NCBI GenBank assembly: GCA_904063045.1
Contig: CAJFCJ010000024.1
Span: 1,037,112-1,101,111, forward strand
Reading direction: 5' to 3'
DNA length: 64,000 nt
From: Dimorphilus gyrociliatus
Taxonomy: Eukaryota > Animalia > Annelida
Shown piece by piece: positions 12,442 through 27,244 of this stretch. Below the pieces are notes generated by a model. The model searched no databases and was not told the origin of the DNA. It saw nothing but the letters and a program-made list of their open reading frames with translations. Position numbers and translations under genes: made by a program. The stretch's first letter is position 1. The number at the start of each line of letters is the position of its first letter.

Positions 12442-14177
12442 TTAATTTTCTTTCATTTTCCCCCCATTTAAGAAAGCTAACCTTGAAGGCGATATATAAA
12501 TACGGATAGGCATTTCTGCTCCACATAGGCCAACAAACAACCGCTCATTTTTTTCGTTATACGTCACCACCAAAGGGGCGCAAAGTCTATCCTCGATACA
12601 AACGCATTCTCGTAAGCCGAATTCATTGACCTTGACAATTCTGTTATAGCCAGCTTCAACGAGAAGGAAACCGGACGGAAATTCACATGCACCTCTTGGG
12701 CAGCAATATCCGTCTATTCGCTTAAATATCGTCTTATAATCGACTTTACCGACCAGCCATACATTGTGATTATCGCTAATAATAGTTATTCTAGTGTGGG
12801 TGTTATTTGCCATCCATAGGCAAGTGGAATCTATAACGTTCATACTATCTGGCAGTTTTTCTTTACTCTCTAAACGAGCGCAACCCGGAGTCCATTCGCT
12901 TAATGTATAATAGCAATCGCCTTTTACTATACCAATAACAAGGACATCACCAGTAGATTGTATACAATGGCAACACTTGACATCGTCAAATTCACCAACA
13001 ATAATAGCTCTCCTTCTCAATACAATTCTATGTAAAGACCAACAACTCGACCCGCTCCTGGCAACGAAATAGAGACCACTGCCATCTTTAGTACAAGTAA
13101 CTGATATTACTTCACCGTTGAATAAATGGTACTTTTCACAGACGAAATTATTTTTGCTAACAGTAAACTCGGCCAATTCTTTGTCTGTGGCGACAATTAT
13201 ACCAATCGGGGTAGAACAAATGTCATTCGGTAGACCTTTTGAACAAAAATCACTATTTAATATAAAGCTATTAGGACCTGGTTTTGTCATTATGGGATCA
13301 TTAAAAATGGCTATTATTTTTGGTACGTCCATCCCAGTTTTGAGAATTCCATCTTCCTCAAAGCATACCTCTTTCCAAGGTGGTAATTCTGGAATGTCTA
13401 AATGCTCCGCGTCTAATCGTACTTGAACGCAAGCTTCTTTTGTTATTTCAATAAAAGGAGCCTCTCTTATTAAATAATCAACGTAATCAACTTTTTTTTC
13501 TATCAGATCCTTATATTCATTTATCATAATACATGCTTTATGAAGAGATTGGGCATATTTTTCTTCTACCTTCGAGACTTGCCTTTTTAAATCGTCCTCC
13601 TGAACTTCAATGGCCTCTATACATTCCTCGTAAGATTTCTTATGGGCATTTTTTAATTCTTCGGCATTAATACCGATCCTCCTATGAATTTCGCTAATGT
13701 ATTCTTGTAATTTTAAATCTCTTTTGTTTTCGATTTCTTCCAATTGAAAGCGAACTTTCCTAGATACGTCTTTGAGTGCATTTAGAACACCGCTTAACTC
13801 TTTTATTCGACAATCGGATTGTCGTCGAACATTTACTAAGAAATGAGTATCGTGGAATGCTACAATACAATTAGGACAAACTGGAGTATTGCAAGTTGCG
13901 CAAAAATTTTCGCATTTTTCATCATGCTGCCGGCAGGTTGTATACCTTGTATAGGCTGAAATGGTAGATTGATTCTTATCCGTTTTGTTCGTTTCGTTGT
14001 CTAATTCGTTATTAGCCTTGAACGTTTTAAAAGAACATATATTTTTATCAGATTATTTGTCGTTAATATATCTTAAAATAGCTAAATACTACGAAAGCTG
14101 AGAATAAATTACTAGTTTATATTTAAAAATTTTTTAAGGAAATAATAGGAAATATTTACTTCCGGTTTATTCTGCAT
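12442..14177 (-). CDS. RING-less TRIM-like protein: B-box, coiled coil and divergent beta-propeller (NHL-like)
   Basis: The frame of ORF 12442-13743 stays open upstream and encodes the B-box CRQHDEKCENFCATCNTPVCPNCIVAFHDTH, followed by heptad-rich helices and a propeller-like C-terminus (PNDICSTPIGIIVA, CPRGACEFPSGFLLVEAG). The short first exon ATG CAG AAT AAA CCG GAA|gtaaat at 14177 is inferred. Confidence 0.78.
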
Positions 14178-15145
14178 GTCATTATAGGTCTTTCCCAAAG
14201 ACATTTTTTTTATCGACTAAAACATAAGAGCATCTTATTAAAACATGAAGAAAGATATGATATTTTAATATTCTACTAATTAAATAAATACGTATATAAA
14301 GTTATTAAAAACTAACTAAACTCTTGTTCCTTTGACATTTTGAGGATTTATCATTGTTCTATAAAAGGGAAAAAAACAAACATTTTAGAATTATTATTTT
14401 TTAAAATAGGTTAAAAAGAATACTATTTGTTACCTTTGATATTTTCTTAGACTCATCATCCTTATTTTAAAATTGCGTAGTTATAAATATTTCTATTTTA
14501 TTGCCGAATACAAACCTTTAACTTTAGTTCTTTTTGTCTTTGTAATCCTAAATGTTTACGTTTTAATTTTAATAAAGTCTCCCATTTTCAAACAGTTTCG
14601 TATAAATCGTAAATTATTTACCTTTATCCGATTTTCTATGCATTAAAGTTAATAAAGTATATTAGGATAATTTCTTTTTTAGAAAATTATGAATAAAATA
14701 GTAGATAATGTAGAAAACACTCCTGAAATATTATCGGATCTTTTTTTTTTGCTATAGATTAATAAATTTATTTAAATATTTAAATTTTTTTAAAGTTATC
14801 ATTAAAAAGCATGATTGCGTACCTTCTAGAACGTTTTATAGTATTTTATTGATATAATATTTCGAGATAAAAAGAAAAAGCTGCTTTTTGGAATATTCAA
14901 TAGATAATTAAAGAAGCTACTTAAACTTATTTTCTTATTTTATTGATATTAAACAGATAGTCGGGTAATGTGATTTATAATCGCTATTTTTAAGTATCGC
15001 GCAAGGAAGCTAGCTTGACGCATGCGCACAACACTAAAGTGCGCACGTAAACAAATGCTAGTGGCACGTAATCGATAGAACAGAGTCACATTGTCGGTTA
15101 GATATTTAAGATTGAAATTCATACCTCGTTCCTCCAGACATCGAA

Positions 15146-16528
15146 ATGATGAAATCTAGTGCTCATTTAATGCGTGCTATGCGCAATATTTCTAAATCAT
15201 TAAATTATAAAAATAAGCGTTTCTATGGGGCAGCCTCTCAAGGTGATCACATCTTTCGCCAGGCAAGTAATATTGAATAGCTAATTACACGTTATACTGA
15301 TAGTATATGTTTCTTTTGATCTCCAATGCATAATATAGTTATTCGACATAAGAACGTTTACGTATACCTATCTTATTGCTGATAAGACCTCAAAGGACGC
15401 TGTTTTAATTGATCCCGTACTGGAACAGACTGACAGAGACGAAAGCATTTTGAAGCAGCTAGGCTTAAATCTTATCTACGCAAGTAAAATATCTAACGTT
15501 TGAATTGAAGCATTCAGCAATTATTCAGTATTATACAATATTATTTAGACTGTATATATGTATATATGGATGAATACTATAACTATATATAAATCTGACA
15601 TGTATTTATATATAGTAGTGATTAGATGAATAAGCTGATATGCTAAATATAATAAGCAAGATCAACACTAATGAGTTCTTTTTATTTTCTTCTCATAATA
15701 GTTAATACGCACGTTCACGCTGGTAAGTTAAAATAATTATATATTTTCATTCTTTGACAAAATTTTGTCTGCTTCTCTTCACTCTTTTGTTCAATTTTAT
15801 ACTCCATTGCTCTTTCCTAATTATTCTTTTTATATCACTTAACTTTAAATGTAGATTACACATGGCTGTATTCTAAAGTCTTGTAGCCTTCATCCTTTTT
15901 ATGGTTTTTAGGCAATGTCCTTCTATGACCTTCAATTTGCAATCTTTAAATATTTATAATTTTGATAGATCACGTAACTGGTAGTGGTGAGTTGAAAAAA
16001 CGCTTTCGAAACTGTCAAAGTGTGATATCGAAAGCTTCCAATGCGAAAGCTGATATACACTTAGAAAATCTCAACTCTCTACCTTTTGGAAGCACCGCCC
16101 TAGAAGCTAGAAATACTCCTGGACATACGAATGGTTGCATGACTTTTGTATGGCATGACGGCGAAATGGCTTTTACAGGTGATGCTCTCCTCATAAGAGG
16201 ATGTGGTCGTACTGATTTCCAAGAGGGAAATTCAGAAACATTGTACAACTCGGTCCATTCCCAGATTTTGTCCTTGCCTAAAAATTGGTTGCTATATCCT
16301 GGTCACGATTACACAGGTAACACTTAAATATTTAACTCTTTTCGTTTCACACTTAGTGTTTTCATTTAAGGCCAAAGTGTAACGACAGTGGAAGAAGAAT
16401 TAATAAACAATCCACGCTTACGGCAGCCAATTAAAGATTTCGTTAAGTTTATGGAAGAATTAAAGCTACCATATCCGAGAGAAATTGAAAGAGCCCTACC
16501 CCTTAATATGGTTTGTGGGCTTCAATAG
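15146..16528 (+). CDS. ETHE1: Mitochondrial persulfide dioxygenase ETHE1, 5 exons (15146-15262, 15339-15483, 15702-15722, 15969-16316, 16371-16528)
   Basis: Basic N-terminal presequence, [55 protein letters not shown] and NMVCG match the ETHE1 family. Confidence 0.97.
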
Positions 16529-16691
16529 AAATATAAAGATGCATGGGTTGAAAGCGAAAGTGATTTTTGGACATCTCGAAATTGTTTTACATAGTCGCCA
16601 GTTTTTTAAATAATCATTGAAATTAATAAAATTATTTTGTCAATTTGCCGTTGTATTCAAGAAAGCAAAAACTTCCACATAACTTTTAACC

Positions 16692-18604
<1,913 letters not shown>

Positions 18605-19013
18605 AACGAACGATGTCACGTGGAAAAAGGACGACCGGATCACGTCAACGAGAGTCTACGAGAAATAACTACTTCCGGTTATATTTTCGCGGGTTAGGAT
18701 TTAATTTTTAGAATTTTCGAATACTGACTTCCTTAACAGAATGAAATATCTATTAACAGAATTTAAGAAAATATAATTAAATTAATGAAGAAACTGCAAT
18801 AAGCCTAATTTACTTGAAATTTTAACTGAAAAACCAAAGTTTTTTAAAATAGAGCGATAATAAAGTAGTCGGAGAGAATTGATACAATCATTTCTCATAT
18901 ATTACAAAATATATAACATAATTAGATGATTTTTTAAAAAATTAAACATCATATGAGGAGAATTATATTGATTTTAACAAATTCATTGAAAGAGTCATTC
19001 TGAATAGTTTGAT
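18605..19013. promoter_or_regulatory. Head-to-head promoter region for RPL3 and C5orf22, with a 5'TOP-like pyrimidine tract for RPL3
   Basis: Minus-strand CCTTTTTCC at 18630-18622 just upstream of the RPL3 ATG. ETS-like ACTTCCGGT near 18672 and a GTCACGTG E-box; CpG-richer than the flanks. Confidence 0.5.
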
Positions 19014-20686
19014 ATGTCGTCAATTCATATTGTGGATGATCATGATAGAGTTTGTATTTGCCTTTAGAACAGAAACCAAAATAAATTTGACAGCTGACAA
19101 ATAAATCTTGAAAATGTTAAATCTAAACTAATAAATGTTTATTAAAGGCGTTGGAAGTTATTTACAAAGAAATAGGATCAAAAAGAATTCCTTTCGAAGG
19201 TCTGGTTTTAGTTCATTTTGATGCTCATCCTGACTTGTTGATTCCCGCTATAAAGGCAAATGATATTTATAATAAAGATATTGTATTCCAGTTGAGTATT
19301 ATTACTGTCAAAAATTTGTATTATTCTCAAACCGTAAGCAGATAATGAATTTTGTTATATAAATGCAGTCAAAATATGTAGATAGGAGGAGTCTTTTAAC
19401 AATAGTAACGACTTGAATTATAGAAACACAGATATTGCAAGCTGGATAATTCCAGCTACATATGCTGGTCATATTAAAAAAGTAATATGGCTAAAACCAC
19501 CTTGGGTCGAAGATCTTTTTGGAGGATTCTGTTCATTTCAAGTTGGAAAACATAGAGATACCGGAGATATCAGGTTCGTAATTAGTTTAATCGAATTTGT
19601 ATTTATAACTGTGAGTAGCTCAGCAAAGGCCAGTGAAAGAATATGACCTATCTCTTCTTCAATATCGAATAATTGATAATATAGGAGTAGTAACGCTGAA
19701 TATCTTTTTTTTTCCAAAGGGTTTCTTGCGAAAGTGAATACTTTATTCAGGAATTGTTCTACTCACCAAAAGATGAATTAGTTAATAGGAGATCCGTTGA
19801 TATTGAAGAATTTACAGTCAATTCAGACAATCTAAAAGATATTACTGAATGTATAAGAAAAGAGAATCAAGAACACTTGTTACTCGATATTGACCTTGAT
19901 TTTTTCAGTACATTAAACCCTTTGAAAAATCTCTTTGGTCTGGAGCTATTTAGTTTCCTAAGTGAGAAATATAGATGCGAATTTCCACAGTCTCTGGTAC
20001 ATTACTTTAAGTATTTAGAACTAGTAAACTGCACTGCACTCATAAATCTAATTATATCTTACTTGTTTATTGAATTTTTTAGCAACCTTTGGAAAAGGTT
20101 CAACAAAGAAGAGAGCAATTAAACATTTTATGGAATTGGATGTTGAAAAATCATACAACTAATTTTAAAGATGCTCATCTAAACGATGATATGTACGAGT
20201 CTTTTTTTATAAATTATAACCTAATTTATGTAAAAATGTTATGATATTTATTCAATTTTGATTCTTAACAGGAAAAATAAATTAACTTATCTTATTAATA
20301 AGAATGGATTGGAATGGGTTCATCATACTGCAATGGCTTGTGACGATAATAATCCCTTACCCGAACATTTAAGTTCAGAAAGCGAAATTGAAGAAATGGA
20401 AAAACATTTTGAGTTCATTATTCGTAAAACGTTTCGTAAAGAAAATCAGTCTTTAATAACTGTAGCTAGGTAATTATATATATGCTATATTTATATATGT
20501 ATATATAAATGTATATAATAAAATATACATATATATATATAACTTATAAACATCCAATAATGATTCTACAGATCGTGCGATGATGAGTATACGCCAAAAA
20601 ACCAAGTTGACTTCATACAGGAGAAAGTGTTAAACGTTTTAAAAAATTGTTTAAATGTTCAACAGATAAATAATCTTTACGATTAA
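19014..20686 (+). CDS. C5orf22: UPF0489 family protein (C5orf22 homologue), multi-exon
   Basis: [12 protein letters not shown]|[15 protein letters not shown]...[25 protein letters not shown]...[31 protein letters not shown]|S...[11 protein letters not shown] are the family motifs. Confidence 0.9.
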
Positions 20687-21492
20687 CTAATAAAAAAAAA
20701 TCAAAACTTTATTGTTTTATCTTCTTTATAGAATAAAGATATAAAAAATCTTATACATTTGTTGATAATTTAATATGTTTTTGGAAAGATGAAAAGTGTG
20801 TTTCAGTAGTAAGTATCTAAGCTCACTGTCAATGACTATCTTAAAGGCAAAGTGTCATGAATTTTTTTCGCTTTTATCTTACATTTCGTATAAACAATTA
20901 AAGAGTAAATATATCTGCTTTTGTTTGCAATATCCAATAATAAGATAGGTTACAAATATATTGTATCCTAACTGTTTATCCTGTATTTAGCAGAATCAAT
21001 AATAGGATAACTTTATCAATGTGATATTAATTCACTTTAATTCACTTATTTATCAAATTTAGGCGAGTGTTTCCTTTTTTTTACGTCTAATTAATATTAC
21101 ATCACACTAATTGTTAGTTGTGTTATCACTATTCTTTCTAGTAGTCCTTATATTGATTGAATTATATCTTTAATACCTTTTTTCGTACTGTTACGTAACG
21201 AGAATAAATAATCTGAGTCATTGGTTCAAAGTTTAAAGTTGTTTAGAGTTTTGTGTGTTGAACTGCGAATTTTTATTAGTATACGTTATAGAATCTGTCA
21301 AATTCGTCTTGAAAAAGACGTAAAAATATTAATTGATTAGTTAATTGACGGATTGATTTAGCCAGGTAAAGTTAGAGTTTATTTTTAATGCTTTGCGTAT
21401 AAAATACCTAAGATTTATCAGTCATATTTTAAGATTATCTTTAAATAATCTATAAGAGAAATAAATCCGTAGGTTAAAAATAAAGTATTGTA

Positions 21493-22222
21493 ATGGCTGA
21501 AGGAAGAGAACCTGAAAATTATGAACAATCTAGTCGTCTGAAAGCTTTAGACGGTTTAAGGAAAACGGATATTATTGAAGAAATCGATAATAGAAGATTG
21601 GGCTATGAACAAGAAGGAGATTACGATGTAAAATTTCAAAGAGCCGACTCAGATGATGGTCAAGAAGTGGTATGGTTTGAAAAAGAAAATGGCGTTGGCA
21701 TATCAGATAAACCGCAAAGTAATTAATTTTGTTTTCAACGAAAGTTTAAAGATCCATGTATTACAAAAGCATCTATTAGTTATTATATGTATATATAAAA
21801 TATTTATAATATATATATCTCTATAGTAATCATTATTACGTTGGCTTGGCCAAAAACTAATTACACTTTATCTTATTAGGGAAATGGAAGGATATTGACG
21901 TCAGTCCGGCAGCCAAATTATATAAAGCGGACAGTGATCAAGACCTCCTCCTAAATAAGTCAAAAATGCAAAGAGCATATCATAGGGTACGAAAAAATTT
22001 ACATAATAAAACATTACATTTATATACATTATCTGAGCTAATTATTTAATGCTCTTTATTCATCATTGACAGACAAAGAGGACTGTAACTTCCTCCCACT
22101 ACTGCCAGTTTTGTCGATCTCTTTGTGAACGCCATCGTTGGCTTATGGGTTCAATTGTTGCGATACTAATTATACTTATGTACTGTCTAATTATTATAAT
22201 TATTGTAAAATCGTTAGGATAG
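21493..22222 (+). CDS. Uncharacterised 160-aa protein with a C-terminal transmembrane segment, 3 exons (21493-21718, 21880-21986, 22073-22222)
   Basis: Three phase-compatible GT-AG exons; hydrophilic N-terminus without a signal peptide; ends WLMGSIVAILIILMYCLIIIIIVKSLG-stop. Confidence 0.65.
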
Positions 22223-23831
22223 ATGCAAAAAAATACAGTTACAAACTGTTGTAATATTGGGACATTCTATTATATCTATATACTGTGTATGTATACTGTA
22301 TGTAGAGGATATAAATTATATCTATAATAGTATTTCGATATTTATATACATTGCTTTGTAAAATATGCGAAGAAAAGAAATAGCATTCTTACAGAATGAT
22401 TATGGGCAATATTTGTTAATTTATTTAGTATCAATATCTTTAATTGACAGCTAATCTCTCTCTCTCTCTCTCTTTACGGTCAAGGTTTGATACATTGGAA
22501 AGTTTTCTAAATATAGATTGGAAATTTATTAGGATTACTACAGATAGAATATTATTTTAGAGAAATAGTTAAAAATAAATTAATTTGATACATAGTCAAT
22601 AGTTATGAAAAAAGTTTCCGTTCACGATTTATCGGCAAAACTATGTATATAGGTGTTGATTTTCTTTTTGTTATGGCTAGCTACATACTCTTCTCTCTTT
22701 CTTCCTATTGATACAATTGCTATTTAAAGGATAATCCGAATCATCTTTATTTCTATCAATGTTTTTTTATAACGTAAGTGTAAGTAAAAAAGGAAATATA
22801 TTATTGAATATGAAATTATTTATTTAACTCTATTTGACAGTGTTACTAAAAAAGACATAAGCAAATTTATTTTATTCAACCTACTTCCGGTAGCGTCACC
22901 TTGCCTTTTTTTTATCGTCTAGATAAAAAATTGCCTAGGTCGGAAAAGGGCAGGATATAAACTTAATTATTGCGTAATGACAACTGAAAGAGTTTCGCAG
23001 AAAGAAATTATGTTTTTCTTTTGGGAATTCTTCACATAAAAGTCCGTTTTGCAGACATATATACTGTATATATTTATAATAAAAATATGTCTACCCTTGC
23101 TATACTGAACAGTTTGAAGAATGGAAGGATTGTTATGTCCATTTCGTGTATCAAATACAAAATAAACTGTTTAAAAAGTTAATAATATCCAATAAATAAA
23201 CTAACAATTACAAAACTATTATTAAAGTATATTAAAGAATTATATTAGTATCTATATCTTTGAATATATTAACTGTTAATAATAAGAATTTTTGTTTCTT
23301 TTTCTTAAACTGGGCCAAATTTAAAAAAATTCTGACTAATACAAATCACGAGTTGTCTCTATAAGATTATCAACTTATTCCTGGAATAGTAAAAAAGCTA
23401 GAGAATATTCCTGTTTAAAATCATGAAAATAATAGCTGACTAAGTATGAATTAGTGAAACGTTGAAAAAAATTAACAAGACTATAAGAAATGAAGGAGAC
23501 TACAAAAGGCAAACATCCTTGTTTGATCTTTTAGTCTAATTCATTAACTTTATATTTCACATGCTTAAGTTAGAAAAGGGTAAATAGTTGTAATCCATTT
23601 CGTTTGTTACTTTTTGTAAATGAACAATTTTATAGTGTTGTTTAACAAATGAGAATATTTTTAATTGAAAAATTAACTCATTTGTTGATTTCTCTAGGTA
23701 GACTACCATTTTTAGGATGATTGTATTCGTACATATTATAAATGCGCATTATGTTAATTAGACAAGGAATAATATAAATACGAGAGATTTCCCCATACAA
23801 CGGCAATTCGGCGATATCTAGGAGAAGGAAC

Positions 23832-26623
23832 ATGTCGTTCATAGTATTTATTCTCTGCCTGGCGACAGTCACAACTTTTGGAAGAATTATAGAAGATGAT
23901 AACGAATTTAAGAGAGGTATATAACATAACATATATATATACAGCCGCGGTCAAAAATGTTTATACATGAAAAAAAAGAAAATATTTTTTTTAAAAACTC
24001 ATTTTTCTCTAATTTTGAGAAATAAAATTATTTTTCTTAAATAGAATGATGTTGTTTAAAGGGTATTTTATGTAATTTCATACAACATTTGTTTTTTTCA
24101 GCTTTTAAAAGTACTTTTTTTTTTAATTTTAGACAACAAGTGCTTTTTGCAATTAAATTATATAATTTAAAAATGGCCATAAATATCTATAAAAACATGT
24201 TTTTTGTCTAAATAGTTTTTAGAACATTTGAATTTAGAACAAATCTGACTCCGCAGATAATTACTTACATTTCTTTGTCAAAATGAAATATCATTCTCAA
24301 ATTAGAGAGCTAGCAAGGGCGAAAAAAGCTGAAATGACCTATAAAGAACTTGAGGCGGACTTAAATATCCCAAAACCTTCACTCCAGTATATCTGTGAGA
24401 ACAAAAGAGCAGGAAAACCTGACAAAAGGGGAAGACCATCCAAAGCCAGTGAAAGACTGAAGTCACTAATTAAAAGAGAATGCATAAGATTACAGGAAAA
24501 AAGAGAGTTGGCAACTGCTAAAAAAATTAAGGATAACTTAAGCCTGGATCTTTCTGAAAGAACCATTAGAAGGATTCTAAATAAAAATGGAGCAAAGTAT
24601 CTGCCCATTTTGAAGGTATGCCCTTTGTCAGCAAGAGCAAAAACCACACGATTAAATATACTGGGTGGATGGATTCAGAGCCAAGTTGAATATAAAAATG
24701 TGGTCTTCACAGATGAGCCCAGGTTTTCGCTGGATGGTCCGATCATCTGTTAACCTGGCAGCTCAATGACAGGCCAAGGCTCTTTAGAGATAAGCTTCCA
24801 GTTGGTGGAGGAGGAGTGATGGTGTGGGGGTGTATATCCTCAGATGGTGAAGTTTTTATCCAAAGACTTCCCTCCAACATCTCTGGAGAGATTTATGCCG
24901 AATTTCTTCAGGGAACAGTTTTCCCAATTTTGAGGGAAAAATTTGGAGAAAACTTCACCTTTCAGCAGGATAATGCACCCCCACACACTGCCAGAGTAAC
25001 AATGGATATCCTGGAGGAGAATGGAATTCAAGTCCTTGATTGGCCTCCATACTCTCCAGACCTCAACCCCATAGAGAATTTGTGGGGTTATTTAAAAATT
25101 AAAGTGTATGAAATTCAAACACCAAAAATCCTTGACCATTTATGGGACAGGATACAGGAAGAGGTGGACAAAATCAATACAAGCAATAGAGATTTTGTGA
25201 AAAATTTATATAGAGGAATCGGGGAGAGAGTTTGGCAAGTTATTATCAATAAAGGAAACAGAATTAAAAAGTAGTTTTTAGACTGAGACAAAACGCAAAA
25301 ATTTAGAAAAAAAACCTTGACAAACTATGTAATTAAATTTATATAAATATTTTTGGCCATTTTTTTTGGGACTATTTTTAATGATAAATAAACATAGAAT
25401 TAAAAAACATTCTTTTTTTTATATAAGAATATTTTTTTCAGTAAACTAAATCCATTTTCTGGTTTATAACATATTCTTCAACAAATATTTAAAAAAAGAA
25501 CAAACAATTTTGTTGAAGAAATCCAAAAAAAAATTATTTTATAGAAAAAAAAAATTTTTTTTTTCATGTATAGATATTTATGACCGCGGCTGTATATATA
25601 TATATATATGTTTTGTGAAACTAAAACAAGTAATACATATATTAAAAGATGAAGGTAGGAAAATAAGATAAGGAAAATAAAAGTATCAAAGGAAAAAAAT
25701 TGACTATTTTCTTGAACGAAAACAACTGTTAAATTAATTGTAAACAAATTAGGCAATTAGCAGTAGCAGTAGACCATAGAAATATGGAAAAAAGGACTAT
25801 ATTACTAAAATAAATAATATATTTATAAAATATGAAAATACACTAATGAAATGCCATTTGCGTTTCATTCATTTTACATAGAGAGCTATATTTCTTTCTA
25901 TTCCTTCAATCGTACTATCATGTTTGCTTGAGCATTTTCTGTTACTTTTCTACATTCATATATAACTTTTATACTAGGAAATTACAAACTCTATTAGTTT
26001 GACGTCAAAGATGATTCGGAAAAAAGTCAAAAACAAATTGATGTAATAAAACTTGTAGTAGAGATACAACTTCATTCTTCTGTTAGTTAATATTTCTCTT
26101 TTATATAATCAATTTTCTTTTTCATGTGACTTGTTTTGTCTTGTCTCGAAGTTATTTCAATAATAAAAATAATATATTTCAATGTACTGTAATTCATCAT
26201 TTATATTTCTCAGATGCTAAATACTCCTTTTCACTTTTTTACTAGCAATAACAAGATAAATGAATATCCATGAGAAGATAATAATGAACTATCTCTTTTC
26301 GTTAGGTTATGCGGTACCTGGTTTAATGATGATGGACGACTACCAAAATGGTAAGAGAAATGTACCGGGGATTATGATGCAAGACTTGTTTGACGATATG
26401 GACAAAAGATCATTAACCCCCGTTCCCTTCTATTGTAATAAGAAGTAAGTATAAAAGATAATTATTTTAGCCAATAGATGGCATTTCAATAATGTGATTT
26501 TCTACCAGAGCACCTTGTCAGAATGGTGGTATCGGACCGAAAATAACGCAAAGACGGGGAAGAGCTGTTTGCGTATGCCTATGCCGGAAAGGCTTTAAGA
26601 ACGCGTGGTGTACAAAGAGTTAA
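23832..26623 (+). CDS. 112-aa secreted prepropeptide: signal peptide, three KR-terminated acidic pro-segments and a 49-aa cationic 6-Cys EGF-like peptide; exons 23832-23916, 26306-26444, 26509-26623
   Basis: Phase-compatible splicing (1 then 2) gives MSFIVFILCLATVTTFG-RIIEDDNEFKR-GYAVPGLMMMDDYQNGKR-NVPGIMMQDLFDDMDKR-SLTPVPFYCNKKAPCQNGGIGPKITQRRGRAVCVCLCRKGFKNAWCTKS. The ORF track does not contain this protein. Confidence 0.8.
23942..25592 (+). mobile_element. Tc1-family (DD34E) DNA transposon, 1651 bp, IR-DR type ends, inserted in (TA)n
   Basis: TIR CAGCCGCGGTCA(A/T)AAAT.T.TATACATGAAAAAAA at both ends, flanked by TA. An inner copy of the terminal motif (GGCCATAAATATCTATA) lies at about 24176 and, inverted, at about 25340-25357. 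Confidence 0.95.
24283..25274 (+). pseudogene. Tc1 transposase with a single frameshift near 24740
   Basis: HTH/GRP N-terminus, VFTDE, FQQDNAPPH and WPPYSPDLNPIE with 34 residues between D and E. ORFs 24283-24753 and 24816-25274 join by a 1-nt shift at DGP/DHLLTW. Confidence 0.9.
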
Positions 26624-27244
26624 GAAGAACGAAATTTTTAGAGAGATATAAAATAAAAAGCTTAAAAATATAGGATGAAAAGAAGAAAGAAAAGGAATAT
26701 TATATACATATTAAAAAATATTTCTATATATAAATATACATTCTAATTATTATGAATAACTTTAATGCACTATTTAATATAGGAAACAAACAAACAAACA
26801 TAAAAATGTATTAATGTTTCTTCCTTTTTCCTAAATTCTCTCAAAAAGTAGATAAATAAACTATTCGTAAAAGAATATTTGTATAATAACTATGTACAGT
26901 TTTATCTTTATATTTAAGCCCTATTAAAAGGCTATACACTATAAAATATACAATTTTCACTATCTGAGTCATACGGAGAGACAAGTCAATAATACTGTTT
27001 TAAGGGTAAATTAGGGACAATTATTATTGATTGTTTATCACTAGATATAAGTTCAATATATAGAATATTCAATAATTTTAACAGTTGTCTTATTTTTCAC
27101 AATTCATTCAATATTTTTAGTTTTTTAACTAGTCAAATATATAAATCTGCTATCAATAATAAACACTTGAACAGTATATAAGGAGCGAGAATATTTCATA
27201 TTTTATCATCGTGGAAGATAGAAATCTGCAGTAGAAAACTAAAA

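Noticed and set aside
22652-23040. Spliceable + strand frame with an in-frame TGA (possible selenoprotein)
   Set aside because: No recognisable selenoprotein motif or SECIS; it needs a 34-nt intron; composition is intron-like.
23678-23954. Two minus-strand ORFs left of the Tc1
   Set aside because: Better explained as antisense of the + strand signal-peptide exon at 23832-23916.
26214-26270. Hydrophobic frame ILLFTFLLAIT as the peptide's signal sequence
   Set aside because: It needs a frameshift and a non-GT donor; exon 23832-23916 gives a clean in-phase signal peptide.
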